Shown here piece by piece: positions 32,385 to 43,700 of a stretch of DNA of 47,055 bases (position 1 is its first letter; each line of letters begins with the position of its first letter). This DNA comes from Aduncisulcus paluster. Its lineage: Eukaryota. The notes under the pieces are model-generated. The model ran no database searches. It was not told the DNA's origin and was given only the letters and a program-made list of their open reading frames with translations. The position numbers were made by a program, and so were the translations under genes. The DNA lies in the NCBI GenBank assembly GCA_024181965.1, contig BQXS01010884.1, forward strand, positions 1 through 47,055, given 5' to 3'.

Positions 32385-33293
32385 TTACAACTTCTTAAGT
32401 CCTCTGGATGCAAGGTAGAAGGCACCAATTAATCCAGGGTGGGATAATTTCGGGGGGACAATGTATTTGTCCACCGGAGGGACAGAAACATAATCATTGA
32501 GATATTTAACGAACTTCATCCGGATGAGTTTAAATAAACAGGAGCGTTGCATGACCCCGCCGCCAAGTACAATTCTTTTTGGACGCCACATGAGGGTGAT
32601 ATTAAGACATAAGTGAGCCAAATAGTGAGCTACGTTATTCCAGACATCATGATCATCAGGGAGTGATTTCAATTCAGAGGGATCAATCCCAGCTCGTTTA
32701 GCTATGGAAGACGCACATGCCATGCCCTCGATACACCCGCATTTATGAAATGAACATACACCAGGAAATCCAGTGAGTTGATCAACACGAGAAACTGGAC
32801 AAGAAGCATGTCCAGCTTCACAGAAAATTGTGGATTCATCTTCAAAACACACACTGGCGCCTATTCCAGTTCCTACTGTAACATAGGCCGTCGAAATAGA
32901 TGGACTTTCAAATGTCTCTTTCGACTCGGCTAAAGCTGGAGGATAAACATCAGTATGCATTGTACACACCATAGAAGGAAAAGACTTTTCAAAAAAGCCA
33001 AGAATATTTGTGAATTTCCACTGTTCTTTGGGAGTAGTTGTTATATACCCATAAAATTCACTACCTTCAGTGAGATCGATTGGACCGAAAGCAGCGACCC
33101 CAATAGCAAGAATATTGTGGCTTTTACCCCACAATTCAATGATCTTTTTGCACTGACCGAGAGTTTCTTCGGGTGAAACGGTTTCTATCCTCTTTGATAT
33201 CACGATATTGTGAATATCCTTAATGGCGGCTAATCCCAATAAAAAACTGGTCCCACCTGCTTCTATCCCAACAATAAATCCAGATTTATCCAT
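32385..33293 (-). CDS. ROK-family fructokinase (ScrK-like)
   Basis: GIEAGGT, FGPIDL..YGYITTTPK..W, YVTVGTGIG, EAGH, GVCSFHKCGCIEGMA (Zn site) and IVLGGGVMQ. Confidence 0.9.
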   Translation of the reverse strand: MDKSGFIVGIEAGGTSFLLGLAAIKDIHNIVISKRIETVSPEETLGQCKKIIELWGKSHNILAIGVAAFGPIDLTEGSEFYGYITTTPKEQWKFTNILGFFEKSFPSMVCTMHTDVYPPALAESKETFESPSISTAYVTVGTGIGASVCFEDESTIFCEAGHASCPVSRVDQLTGFPGVCSFHKCGCIEGMACASSIAKRAGIDPSELKSLPDDHDVWNNVAHYLAHLCLNITLMWRPKRIVLGGGVMQRSCLFKLIRMKFVKYLNDYVSVPPVDKYIVPPKLSHPGLIGAFYLASRGLKKL

Positions 33294-34097
33294 GAAATAT
33301 TTTTAAAACGAAATTGTGTTGCCAAGGATGAAGGAACGGAATATGTGAAATTTGTTTTGAGCTGTTCAGGATGGATGCAGTCGTTTTCAGCATAGATAAT
33401 CTGCTAAAATAATTTTTATCTGTATTTTAAAATTCTTTTGCACTACTAAGTTTTGTGGCTATTGTGTTTAGCCTGTTTGGAATGTGACAATGGTAATTTA
33501 TCGATTTGCATCGCGATAGTTAATGCTGAAGAGTATTTTATAAATTCTTTGATAAAATATAGATGAATTATTTCGATATTTAATATGATAATAGTATTTT
33601 GCTATCTTTTTTAGATATATCCATCTATTTCATTTTTTCTATTTTATTGTAATCATTTCTCATGCCAATATTTATATATTGTTTGATTATGCGTACATTA
33701 TATCATTTTTCTTGGTTCGATTGTCATTTTTTCTCCCAAACCATTCCAACAATATGTAGACAATTATTTTTGGATTTGATTTCATTTAATTATGATTAAA
33801 TTGAAAAATGGTTACGTAAAGGTAGAAATATATGGTAAATTTACTTATTTTTTGTCGTTCAGGCAAAATCATTAGAAATCTTTCTTTTTTTTTCTGCAAT
33901 ATAGAGCTTTCTCTTTGTTTTCTTTCTTAAATTTGATTGTTTTTACACATATAATACAATATTAGTTGGGTTTACCGAACATTTTTAATTAATATTATTC
34001 GGATACCTTTTGATTTCAAAAAACATTGTTATTGTTGGAAAAACTAATTTTAAAAACTAATATTATCTTAAAATATATTATTATTCTTATTGTTAAA

Positions 34098-36059
34098 ATG
34101 GGTGACCAATTTTATTATATACATCCAGCCTTTTCTGATTCAACTTCTTCCAAACATATTTCTCTCGATTTATTTGGGAAAAGTTCGGATAAAGAATATT
34201 CCCTTCAGATAAAACTTGAAGGTGACGAAGATGATGGACATAAGTCTCACTTAACTTTTCCGCCAGATTCCACATATCCAGATTCTTCATCTCTTCTCGT
34301 AACTTCTCATATGATACCAACCTCCAAGCCTGAATCGACGACTCCAACTGTTCCTCTTCTTTCCCACTCTGACGGATTGTTACAAGAAATGGTTCCATGC
34401 TATTCTCCGTCGCCCGATCATCTATTACGATCTCACTTATCGTCACAAATCCTCATGCAAGAAGATAAAGAAGGTGGCGAAACATACAATCCCCTCGACT
34501 TTGGGTCAGTTATTTCGAGTGGTCTATTGTTGGATGATACCCATTCAATTATCGGAAAGAGGAGAACTGTATCATCTCCTATATTGTCAACTGAAGATAC
34601 CTCGATCGATGGGATTATTCGAAAGACTCTCCGCGGTTCAAGTTCAACCCCTGAACCCAACCATCCTTCCACACTTTATGAAGCTGCTGATATTCATTCT
34701 TTGACTGATCCATCAAAAGAGAAGCCAAAGGATCCTGAACAAATCACTTCAACGAATGATAACATCCTTAAACTCCCCTTTTCTGCCCGTCGTGTCCATA
34801 ATCTCTTGGATTCTACTCCTCCACAGACCCATCTAACTTCTTCAAGAATTTTGACTCCGATGAATGCCGTTCCAAAAGTTCTTCCTTGGATTTCTGTTTC
34901 GCCGCATGAAGCGTGGGTGGTCGAACATCAGAAAATTATGGGTCACGAAAAAAAAATGGAGCAAGAGAGCTCATTAAAGGAGAGACATGAAAGAAAGAAA
35001 TTTAGATTTGACTCTGAGTTGCGTGACGATGAAGAGTATGAAGGTGATGATGATGACGAATATAAGCCTCCTGAAAGGGTCGGGAGGATGCCTAAACCCA
35101 AGAAACATATGTCTCCGACTAGTAAGAGATCCTCAAAACATTCATCTCGGGAACGATCGTTATCCCATGTGTCCTCCTCATCATCATCCTCAACATCCTC
35201 TTCCGCTGCAGGGATTATATTGGATCATCTCTTGGAACCTCCATTTGCTATCTCAAAGAAAACAGTCGATAGCTTACCATTTAATAGACGCCCTATGAGT
35301 ACAGTGCTGAATGTCGTGAAGTCTATTGGTCTCGGCATCAGTGTTGGTGCCACGGATATTAGCAAACGGGGTGTTGCATCAGACAACAAGAGAATGGGTT
35401 TGACAGAGTTAGGTGCTGTTTTGTTCCTCCAATCTCTTGATGATGGCACTGATTATTCCGAAGAAGATGAGGATCGAAGTCACATCTCATCTGATCGTCA
35501 CGGAATCACGTTGCACTCGAATGGGAATATTATTCTGACACATCTTTTGTTGTCATATGGACTTTTGGCTGGTATTTCTTCAATGTTAAAACGATCCTTG
35601 TCGCACCTTCAAAATGTTGTTCTCTCTGTGGCATCTGAACATCAAATGGCAAAACCCATTTCATTCTCGTGTGCTAGTTTTTCGGAAACTTCTGTAGAAG
35701 GCATTTCAGAAGGAGATTTTTCAAGGGGTTGGCTCGGAAAGAGAAAGAATGTTTCTCACATCCAACGATCTATTCCTATTTCGCTTGAAGAATCTATCAG
35801 ATCTGAGATAGAAGGTGAGATAAGGAAAAGAGAGATCGAGCGGGGCAAAGTAAGGAAAAGGTATTTGGAAGGTAAGAAAGTGCCTCAGAAAATGTATATG
35901 TTTCCATCCTATGGAAGTATTACTTCTTCATTTAAATCAACAATCCAAATTATTCTCACATATTGGATAGAGTTATCAGAGAAACGATATCTCGAGCCCG
36001 AATCGATTAATGAACAAGCTGTTAAAACGTGTTTGACCAAGTTTAAAGATCAAGGTTGA
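34098..36059 (+). CDS. hypothetical Ser-rich protein, about 653 aa
   Basis: Long ORF; first ATG (aaaATGG) at 34098; no domain recognised. Confidence 0.8.
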   Translation: MGDQFYYIHPAFSDSTSSKHISLDLFGKSSDKEYSLQIKLEGDEDDGHKSHLTFPPDSTYPDSSSLLVTSHMIPTSKPESTTPTVPLLSHSDGLLQEMVPCYSPSPDHLLRSHLSSQILMQEDKEGGETYNPLDFGSVISSGLLLDDTHSIIGKRRTVSSPILSTEDTSIDGIIRKTLRGSSSTPEPNHPSTLYEAADIHSLTDPSKEKPKDPEQITSTNDNILKLPFSARRVHNLLDSTPPQTHLTSSRILTPMNAVPKVLPWISVSPHEAWVVEHQKIMGHEKKMEQESSLKERHERKKFRFDSELRDDEEYEGDDDDEYKPPERVGRMPKPKKHMSPTSKRSSKHSSRERSLSHVSSSSSSSTSSSAAGIILDHLLEPPFAISKKTVDSLPFNRRPMSTVLNVVKSIGLGISVGATDISKRGVASDNKRMGLTELGAVLFLQSLDDGTDYSEEDEDRSHISSDRHGITLHSNGNIILTHLLLSYGLLAGISSMLKRSLSHLQNVVLSVASEHQMAKPISFSCASFSETSVEGISEGDFSRGWLGKRKNVSHIQRSIPISLEESIRSEIEGEIRKREIERGKVRKRYLEGKKVPQKMYMFPSYGSITSSFKSTIQIILTYWIELSEKRYLEPESINEQAVKTCLTKFKDQG

Positions 36060-36179
36060 TTTTACATGTTATGATAGTTATGAATATTGACAAAATTGAA
36101 TAAATATCCAGAATTATTAACGAATTTAATTAAATTGTTATGGATTAGTAAATTTTGGGATAGGATTGTCACAAAAAAT

Positions 36180-36253
36180 CGCTTCCACCGGGGTTCGAAC
36201 CCGGGTCTGCCACGTGACAGGCGGCCATACTAAACCAACTATACTATAGAAGC
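36180..36253 (-). tRNA. tRNA-Asp (GTC)
   Basis: Acceptor GCTTCTA/TGGAAGC plus discriminator G; anticodon arm GCCGC-CTGTCAC-GTGGC; T arm CCGGG-TTCGAAC-CCCGG; T6 Pol III terminator immediately downstream. Confidence 0.97.
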
Positions 36254-36716
36254 TATAAATAGTAACTGGCTAAAATCTATCAATGATAGAAAGATCAAAA
36301 TTCTTTAGAAAAAAGGAAATTCAATATCTCATATGAAATTTAGCCAAAATTAAATTTGATAAAGAATTTTATTTCCAAAAACTCGTTGTCATTGTCTAAG
36401 AAAAGATAAATTTGTTCTTGGAAGGAAATTCATGCTAATTGTCCTTAAAAATATCCAAAATAGAATATACTTGTACATGTTGCTTTCAATAAACTTGTTG
36501 AAAAGTTTCATAACACTTTGATGAATGCAAAGCTGAGACTCAGTCATTCGGATTCTTTTTTTTTTTTTTTTTTTTGAGTGATTTCATTTTTATTAACATT
36601 TTTTAATTTATTTTTATCATTTTTCTGTGAAAATTTTGCAAAATATTTCATTTTTTTAGGAAATAGCTCGCTATACAGTTCATTATTACTATCACATCCA
36701 GATCTATCAATATCCC

Positions 36717-38876
36717 ATGTCAGATTCACTCTCTGTTTATGAATTATTAGATTTAAGGGAAAAGATAAAATCATCTTCTCCAGAAAAAATGTCTGCTCTC
36801 TTTTCTGAATTTTCCAGCCGTATCAGAAGAACTTATAGAGACTTTTCCATGAATCCTTCCATTGTTGATACTAATAGAGAGCTGTTTGATCTTTTTTGGG
36901 AATGTATTTTTCAATTTGTTCTACTAACTTTAGAACGTAGACCTTCAGAATCTTTTCAATCATTTCTCTTTGAAGTTTTCTCTACGCCCAGGCATGATGA
37001 GGATTGTGATATACGTCATGTTACAAAAAATGATACGGCGAGTTCAGATCTTGATCCTCTATCCAAATGGCTGTCTGATATTGCCACTCTCTCAGAACGC
37101 AAGTTTCCTACCCTCCAATCCAAATTAATTCCTCAAATATCTTCTATTGTCATAAAAAAACTAAACAATATCATGTTTATTATCAAATCATCTCGTGATT
37201 GTGACTCGATCTCAAAGATCTTCTATGAGTATCGTGACTATTTTCTTTCCATTATTTTTGCTTTTGATTCAATGCATATTCAACAATACAAAAGTGTAAT
37301 GATCCAATGTTTTAATTGTTTAAATTGGATGATTCAACATTCTTCTCCTGATTGCATATTTCTCCCAATTTCTCCACTCATATCTCTTATTGATTCATTT
37401 ATTCAACATATTTCGAGGATTCATTTGAAATCTGAAGAAATATTCGATTCCCAATTCTTGGAAATAATTTACTATATCATTTCAAATTGCTCTCGACATG
37501 TTCAACAGGCTCCTGTTCCCCTTATCGATTCTATTGGATATATATATGAAGAAGTTATTATGAAGTGTATTCCCAACTTTCATGCTATATTTAGAAGAGG
37601 TTGTGTTATAAAATATGTTGGAGATCCTTCATACCATTTATTCCAGTCTCTGAACACTATTGCTGAATTCTCGTATAAATTGAGAGGATCTATTCTTTCC
37701 TTAATCAAACCTTATGTAAAGGATTGGCTTCAATTATATGACAAAATACAGGGGAAAATCTTCAAAGTTTTAGTGAATTGTTCTTCTCCTTCGAAAGATT
37801 CTGATGATAATTTCGGTTGTTGTTCGTTAAAATCTGGGATATTCGAAGATTCTTGGAGTATCTTGCCAATAGTTGTTAAATTTTTTAACGATCAATTCAT
37901 ATCAATGGATCAGAATGGTCATATATCGCAAATATCCCCAGATATTCTCTCTCAGGATCGTGATTATGTCATCCAATTCTTCTCAAACTTATGTTTCGAC
38001 TCGACTCATACTGTAAAAGTATTCGAAGTGATTAGGAACATATTGTCATGTTTCACAAAAGTGTTAAGGAGACGATATATAAAGAATTGTGGGATTGAGA
38101 AACTATTCTTCTTGTTGTCTTCAGTTTCATCACTCATACCAGAATTATCGCCAAAATATGATGATTTTATGCAGTGGTGTTTGGAAAATTGTGGATTTGA
38201 TAACAAAAAATATTTTGATTTGTATTTTCCTTCCATTTGTTCATTTATTTCGACTTCATTTATCACTAATCTTGGACATTCTATTCCAATAATATCAACT
38301 ATTCCAACGATTGAAACTTCTCAGGATCCTTATTTTGATGGATATTTTTACGCTTCACATGTTTCTTGTTGGTTAGAATTTGCAATATCAAAGATTTCAA
38401 AACCTGGCTACAAAAACTTGGAACTAATATATAACATTATTTCTGGAACCGAGGTTCTTAATCATCAAATAGATTTTGTGAAATATTCTCGAAAAGCCTC
38501 CTCATCAAAATCTAATCGATCTGAGTTTGATTCTTTCTTTTCTCACTTTCAAAGCATTTTTGGAGAGAAAGAAGATGAGAAAGATAATGATCCAGGAATT
38601 AATAAGAATCATTTTAGACATTCTTCTCTCATTCAATACACTTTCCGACACCATCTCGTGAAGATGCGATGCATTGAGGAGAGATCATTGAGGCAATCCG
38701 TGTATGACCTGATTGAACGAACAGGTGCAGGAGTTGAGGCTTTATTTGATGCAGAGACATGTTCATTTGAAGGGTATGATCAAGATGGGTGGAGAGAAAC
38801 AATGAGACATGTGGAGAGGTGGAAAGAGGAAGAAAGGGAAGAGGAGGAAATGTTTGAATATTCAGAGTCTGAATAG
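36717..38876 (+). CDS. hypothetical helical-repeat-like protein, 719 aa
   Basis: Long ORF, helical and hydrophobic, with an acidic tail. Probably a lineage-specific family. Confidence 0.8.
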   Translation: MSDSLSVYELLDLREKIKSSSPEKMSALFSEFSSRIRRTYRDFSMNPSIVDTNRELFDLFWECIFQFVLLTLERRPSESFQSFLFEVFSTPRHDEDCDIRHVTKNDTASSDLDPLSKWLSDIATLSERKFPTLQSKLIPQISSIVIKKLNNIMFIIKSSRDCDSISKIFYEYRDYFLSIIFAFDSMHIQQYKSVMIQCFNCLNWMIQHSSPDCIFLPISPLISLIDSFIQHISRIHLKSEEIFDSQFLEIIYYIISNCSRHVQQAPVPLIDSIGYIYEEVIMKCIPNFHAIFRRGCVIKYVGDPSYHLFQSLNTIAEFSYKLRGSILSLIKPYVKDWLQLYDKIQGKIFKVLVNCSSPSKDSDDNFGCCSLKSGIFEDSWSILPIVVKFFNDQFISMDQNGHISQISPDILSQDRDYVIQFFSNLCFDSTHTVKVFEVIRNILSCFTKVLRRRYIKNCGIEKLFFLLSSVSSLIPELSPKYDDFMQWCLENCGFDNKKYFDLYFPSICSFISTSFITNLGHSIPIISTIPTIETSQDPYFDGYFYASHVSCWLEFAISKISKPGYKNLELIYNIISGTEVLNHQIDFVKYSRKASSSKSNRSEFDSFFSHFQSIFGEKEDEKDNDPGINKNHFRHSSLIQYTFRHHLVKMRCIEERSLRQSVYDLIERTGAGVEALFDAETCSFEGYDQDGWRETMRHVERWKEEEREEEEMFEYSESE

Positions 38877-39059
38877 ATTGTGGTTGATTGTTGTTCACCC
38901 AATGGGCAATGCCATGTTGAGAGATTCTTTTGATTTTCGTTTGAATAATCCATTTTCATTCTTCAACTGAATTAGAGGTATTTTATTATATTTTTACATG
39001 ATATTATTGTTAAATAATTATTTTGTCTTGAATTTATTCCGACAATTAATTAAATTGCT

Positions 39060-39391
39060 GGCAGAACTCTTGGAGAACAAAGTACTCATTTTGATGCCTC
39101 ATTGGTTTGTTGGAGAAGGATGTGCGATGGAAAGTTCAAGCCAATGACAATCTTCTTACAGCCTTCGAGGGTATCATGGAGCCAGACAAGTCCAAACGAA
39201 TGACGATCCATGATGCACGTAAACTGACGGATGAGATCAAGCATTTACTTCCCCATGTTGGAGAAGGATGGGAGTGTCCATCCATCGAGGAGTACATTCA
39301 TCGTCAGCTTGAGGAGTATGAGGGACGAACGGGCTTAGACTCCATCAAAGAGTCAAATGGGGAAAAGGAATCAAAAGAGAGGGGAGATTAG
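39060..39391 (+). pseudogene. C-terminal fragment of a protein-kinase-like family gene, frameshifted
   Basis: LLTAFEGIMEPDKSKRMTIHDA resembles kinase subdomain XI (DPxKRxT). The adjacent upstream DGKFKP lies in another frame; no start or N-lobe is present. Confidence 0.5.
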
Positions 39392-39568
39392 AAAAATTTT
39401 ATCAACACTACTCGATATCTAGATCATCTGGAGAAGAATCAAAATTATAAAATTCTAAGAGATATGAAAATAATGGAAACCCAGATGAGAAAAAGGAGAA
39501 TCACCAAAAAGTTTGAATATATCCAAGTTTTCGATGATTCCAAAATACATAAATTCTATTTTTAGAAA

Positions 39569-39720
39569 TTCTATTTTTAGAAATCACTCTTTCATTCCTT
39601 TGTGATTTATCTTACAGTGCATTTAAACTTCCTCAAAAGGCTCATAGCATTGATCAAAAATATTTTGTAGCTGACTGCGAGTTTCAAAACTTTCAAAACA
39701 GATGATTTCTAAAAATAGAA
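39569..39720. mobile_element. MITE-like element with 18-bp perfect terminal inverted repeats
   Basis: ttctatttttagaaatca (39569-39586) / tgatttctaaaaatagaa (39703-39720). No clear target-site duplication. Confidence 0.35.
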
Positions 39721-40740
39721 CAACATTTCTTTGAAGAGAGAAACCATTATACAAAAAACTATATAGGATCACATGATAATATTATTATTATTAGTAATTA
39801 TCATTGATATCTAGAAGTATTTCTATATATACTAAAATAAAAAGAATCTGTTAGTTTATCTGGGATTTATGTCCGTGAACAAATTTATTAAAATAAAAGC
39901 GCAAAATCTCTTTACAATAATTTTTGGATCTCCCAGAAATGGAAGTCAAAAAAGTATTAATCTCTGCAAGGTGGCGACAATAATTAATTCGAATTATATT
40001 AATATAATAATTAATATAATTATAATCCTAAAATAAAATAATAAAATAAACCATTGTAATATCAGTCCTGCTAACAAATCTTTTAAAAAGATAAACCTGA
40101 CGTCAAGAGAAAACCACTTCGAAAGACATATGATATCGAATAGGAGTTGATGCCACAGTGTTGCTGTAGTGGTGAAAGGTCACCATATCTGGAATAGGCC
40201 TTTTATGGCATAGAAGTCAATACCACAGTTCTTCAGTCCTGTCACATTTCTATTTGATGGATTATATAAGCCAAACGGTCACAACCAAGTGAAAGTCCAA
40301 CAAATAATGGGGTGAATCACTACGTATGATGGTTTACTTTAAATCACGCTGTATTTATCTCTAGGTGGAGTTTGGAAGATAATTGAACACATAGGTGTTG
40401 GCGACGTAAGAAGAAGGCTCATAACCTCAGAAAAGGTATGGGAAGAGCATGAGCAGCTGATCTATAGAGACTATAGAAAGGTCGGAAGTCACCAAATAAA
40501 TCATATTTAAATAAACTAACTCGCTTCTATCATGAAAAATCAAAATATCGAAAATACAAATTCTATTTTTAGAAATTCTATTTTTAGATTACCAAAAATC
40601 CTATATCCAATTTTTTGTAAAAATACAATCATAAATTCATGTGAATTGACATTTTCATCAATATCAAATATGGAATACTTAACTTTGGATCATATTTCCA
40701 ATCTTTCTCAGAGACAATAACAATAAACAATTCTCTTTCC

Positions 40741-43700
40741 TTACATTTCTAATATTTCTGTAATAATTCTCTCAAAAAAGCTCCTAAAAGATGCCAAATA
40801 ATCATCAATCCACTCTACATGTCCTAAAACATTGTATCCAATTTTAATCAACCTTTGAGCAGCTCTAAAGTACCTCAAACATGGTATGGATGAATGGTGA
40901 ATATGCTTGTCCCGAAGTTTCTCAGTATTTTGGCGCAATGATTTCGAAATAATTTTCATGAATTTTGCAGACTCTTTTTGAAGTTCGAGAAAACTAATAG
41001 AATTAAATCGCGATAAATTTTGACTTATTGAATGCCCAATAAAATATTTTTCTGAACTTTTAACACTTTTAGCAATGCTTTTCTTGGCCTTTTCTTTTTC
41101 ATCCTGTTTTGAATGACTTTCATTTGGAGTTTTTTGGAATTTTCCATAAATCTCCTCGATTTTTAATTGCTTTTTGAAGTACAACTTATAAGATTTATCG
41201 AGAATATCGTGTTGAATTTTGATATTTCGCAAATGAATGCCATCGACAAAATGGAAAAGCATGCGAAAAATACAATTCATTGGCCCACTTTGTTGTTGCC
41301 CCCAATATCCTTCTTTGAATTGCAAAGCACACAAAATAAGATCACTTTCCAATTCAAATGGATGGCTATAAATCAACGATTCTAGCCTCAAAAATATTGT
41401 CGAGAGTGGAAGTGGAGGTCCGAGATCAGGAATAGAAAATGGAGGACTTGTGAGAAAAAGAGGAGGTGAAAATAATTGATGGAAATCAATATTTGTGTCA
41501 ACAACTTCAAAAGGGCTTTTATAACAAGATTTGAAAAACATGTGCTCTTTCCTGGCTTTCTCTTCAGTCCACCAAACAGAGGTTGAATCTTTGCGCAAAG
41601 TTGAGGATTTTTCATCCACAAATAACCATCTAAATTTAGAATATTTCTTCTTCCAATCCTTTAAGAATACCTTTTTCTCTTTGCGATCTTCAATTTTTGA
41701 AACCTCATAGTTTCTCAAAGCAATCAAACCGAGGGACCAAGCTGGAACATTCCACACCGATTTAAGTGCCTTAATATAGGCCTTTTCCATAATAGAACGA
41801 ATAATATTATCTTTCATATATTGTTTTATGTCATGAAAANNNNNNNNNNNNNNNNNNNNTCTAAATTTAGAATATTTCTTCTTCCAATCCTTTAAGAATA
41901 CCTTTTTCTCTTTGCGATCTTCAATTTTTGAAACCTCATAGTTTCTCAAAGCAATCAAACCGAGGGACCAAGCTGGAACATTCCACACCGATTTAAGTGC
42001 CTTAATATAGGCCTTTTCCATAATAGAACGAATAATATTATCTTTCATATATTGTTTTATGTCATGAAGAACAATGAAATCATCATCGGACCAAAACAGA
42101 CCATCCTCAATACGCTGAGAACATGAGAAAAAATACATTGATAAATACCTGGACAAAACAGAACCAAAAATGGGAGAAATTAGAGGACTTGAAGACTTTG
42201 AATCGCATTCTTTCTCTCCTTCTTTCTTTTCATGAGAGATTAGTGGGCTTTGAGAATTAGGTTGACTTTCAATAATAGACACAGAACCAACCTCATCCCG
42301 AAGTGATTTTGAGGTATAAGGATTGATTAAACGCTTATCAATAGAATGGAAAAGAGGTTGAGAAATACACGACTCTGATTCATTCTTCTTTTTCTCACTA
42401 ATATCTATTAGTGGATGCCCGGGGATTATTTGCTTTATCTTTGAATCGGATTGTTCTTTTGGGTCATTTTGACCAGGGTGAACAAGCTCCTCATTTTCAA
42501 GTATCAGACTATCCTTCTCAATTCTATTTATAGAATGAGAAACTGCCCAATTCCCAAATTCAATACAAAATAAATCAATGAAATGTTGAGATACAATATC
42601 AGATAATAATGTTGGAATGGTCTTTTTCACTCTCTTTGCCCGAGTCGATATTAATTTTGTCAAAGAGATCGATTCATGATGAGAAAATGGATCCGAATTT
42701 GATACTAAAAATAGAAACATAACACCATATGTAATGTTTGACAAAATGGACTGAATATCCTTCATGATTGATCGAACAATTTCAGATTTCTCAACCAAAA
42801 TGACAATCGGTGTGGAATTGAGTTGCTCACCAAATCTATTAATAGATTCACATAAATGAATCCGATTTTTGAAAGTATTAATAGAAACAACCTCATACCC
42901 ATTGGAACGAAGGGAATATCCGAGGAATGGGACTAAAATATTCGAAATTTCTGAGTTCGAAGTGTCTAAAAATAGATAAGAAGGAGCAATATGAGTTGAA
43001 TCGATTGAGAAATCAGATTTTGAGGAATGAAAACTCAACAATGAGGGTCTAATTTTGGCCAAGATTTCCTCGATATACCATCTAAACCACTCACAAAAAG
43101 AAGGCATTTTTACACCATAAATAGGGTCTAGAATATCAATTTTCACGCCAAAATCATGAGAAAAACTCACTGAAGAACGTTCGTAGGTTGGAACAAATCG
43201 TTTTAAAGCACAAATAAAATCAATTTTCTCGGGACAAATCGATTCCTCTTCTTCTTCCTCTTTTTCTTCCGCTTTCTCCTCAGAGCAGCCAATTCTATTT
43301 TTAGAATGAGAAACACTCACATACAGATGGGGTTTGGTTCTTCTAAGGCACATAATCGCTGTTTCATTGCACAGAGCATTTAGATCAGCACCAGAGAAGC
43401 CCTCGGTGAGTCCAGCAATGTCATTTAATATATTATAATCAAATCCAACCCATTTCTTCGTATGAATCTTTAAAATATTGACTCTTCCATCCAGGTCAGG
43501 TGCCGTGAACAGTATTTCTCTATCGAATCGCCCAGGTCGTCTCAAGGCAGCATCCAGAGAGTCTGCTCGATTTGTAGCCCCGATGACAATGACATCTCCT
43601 CGATCTTCAAGACCATCCAACAGAGATAGAAGAGTGGACACGATCGATGAGTGGATCTGGTCTTGTTTGGATGATCTTTGAGGACAAAGACCATCGATCT

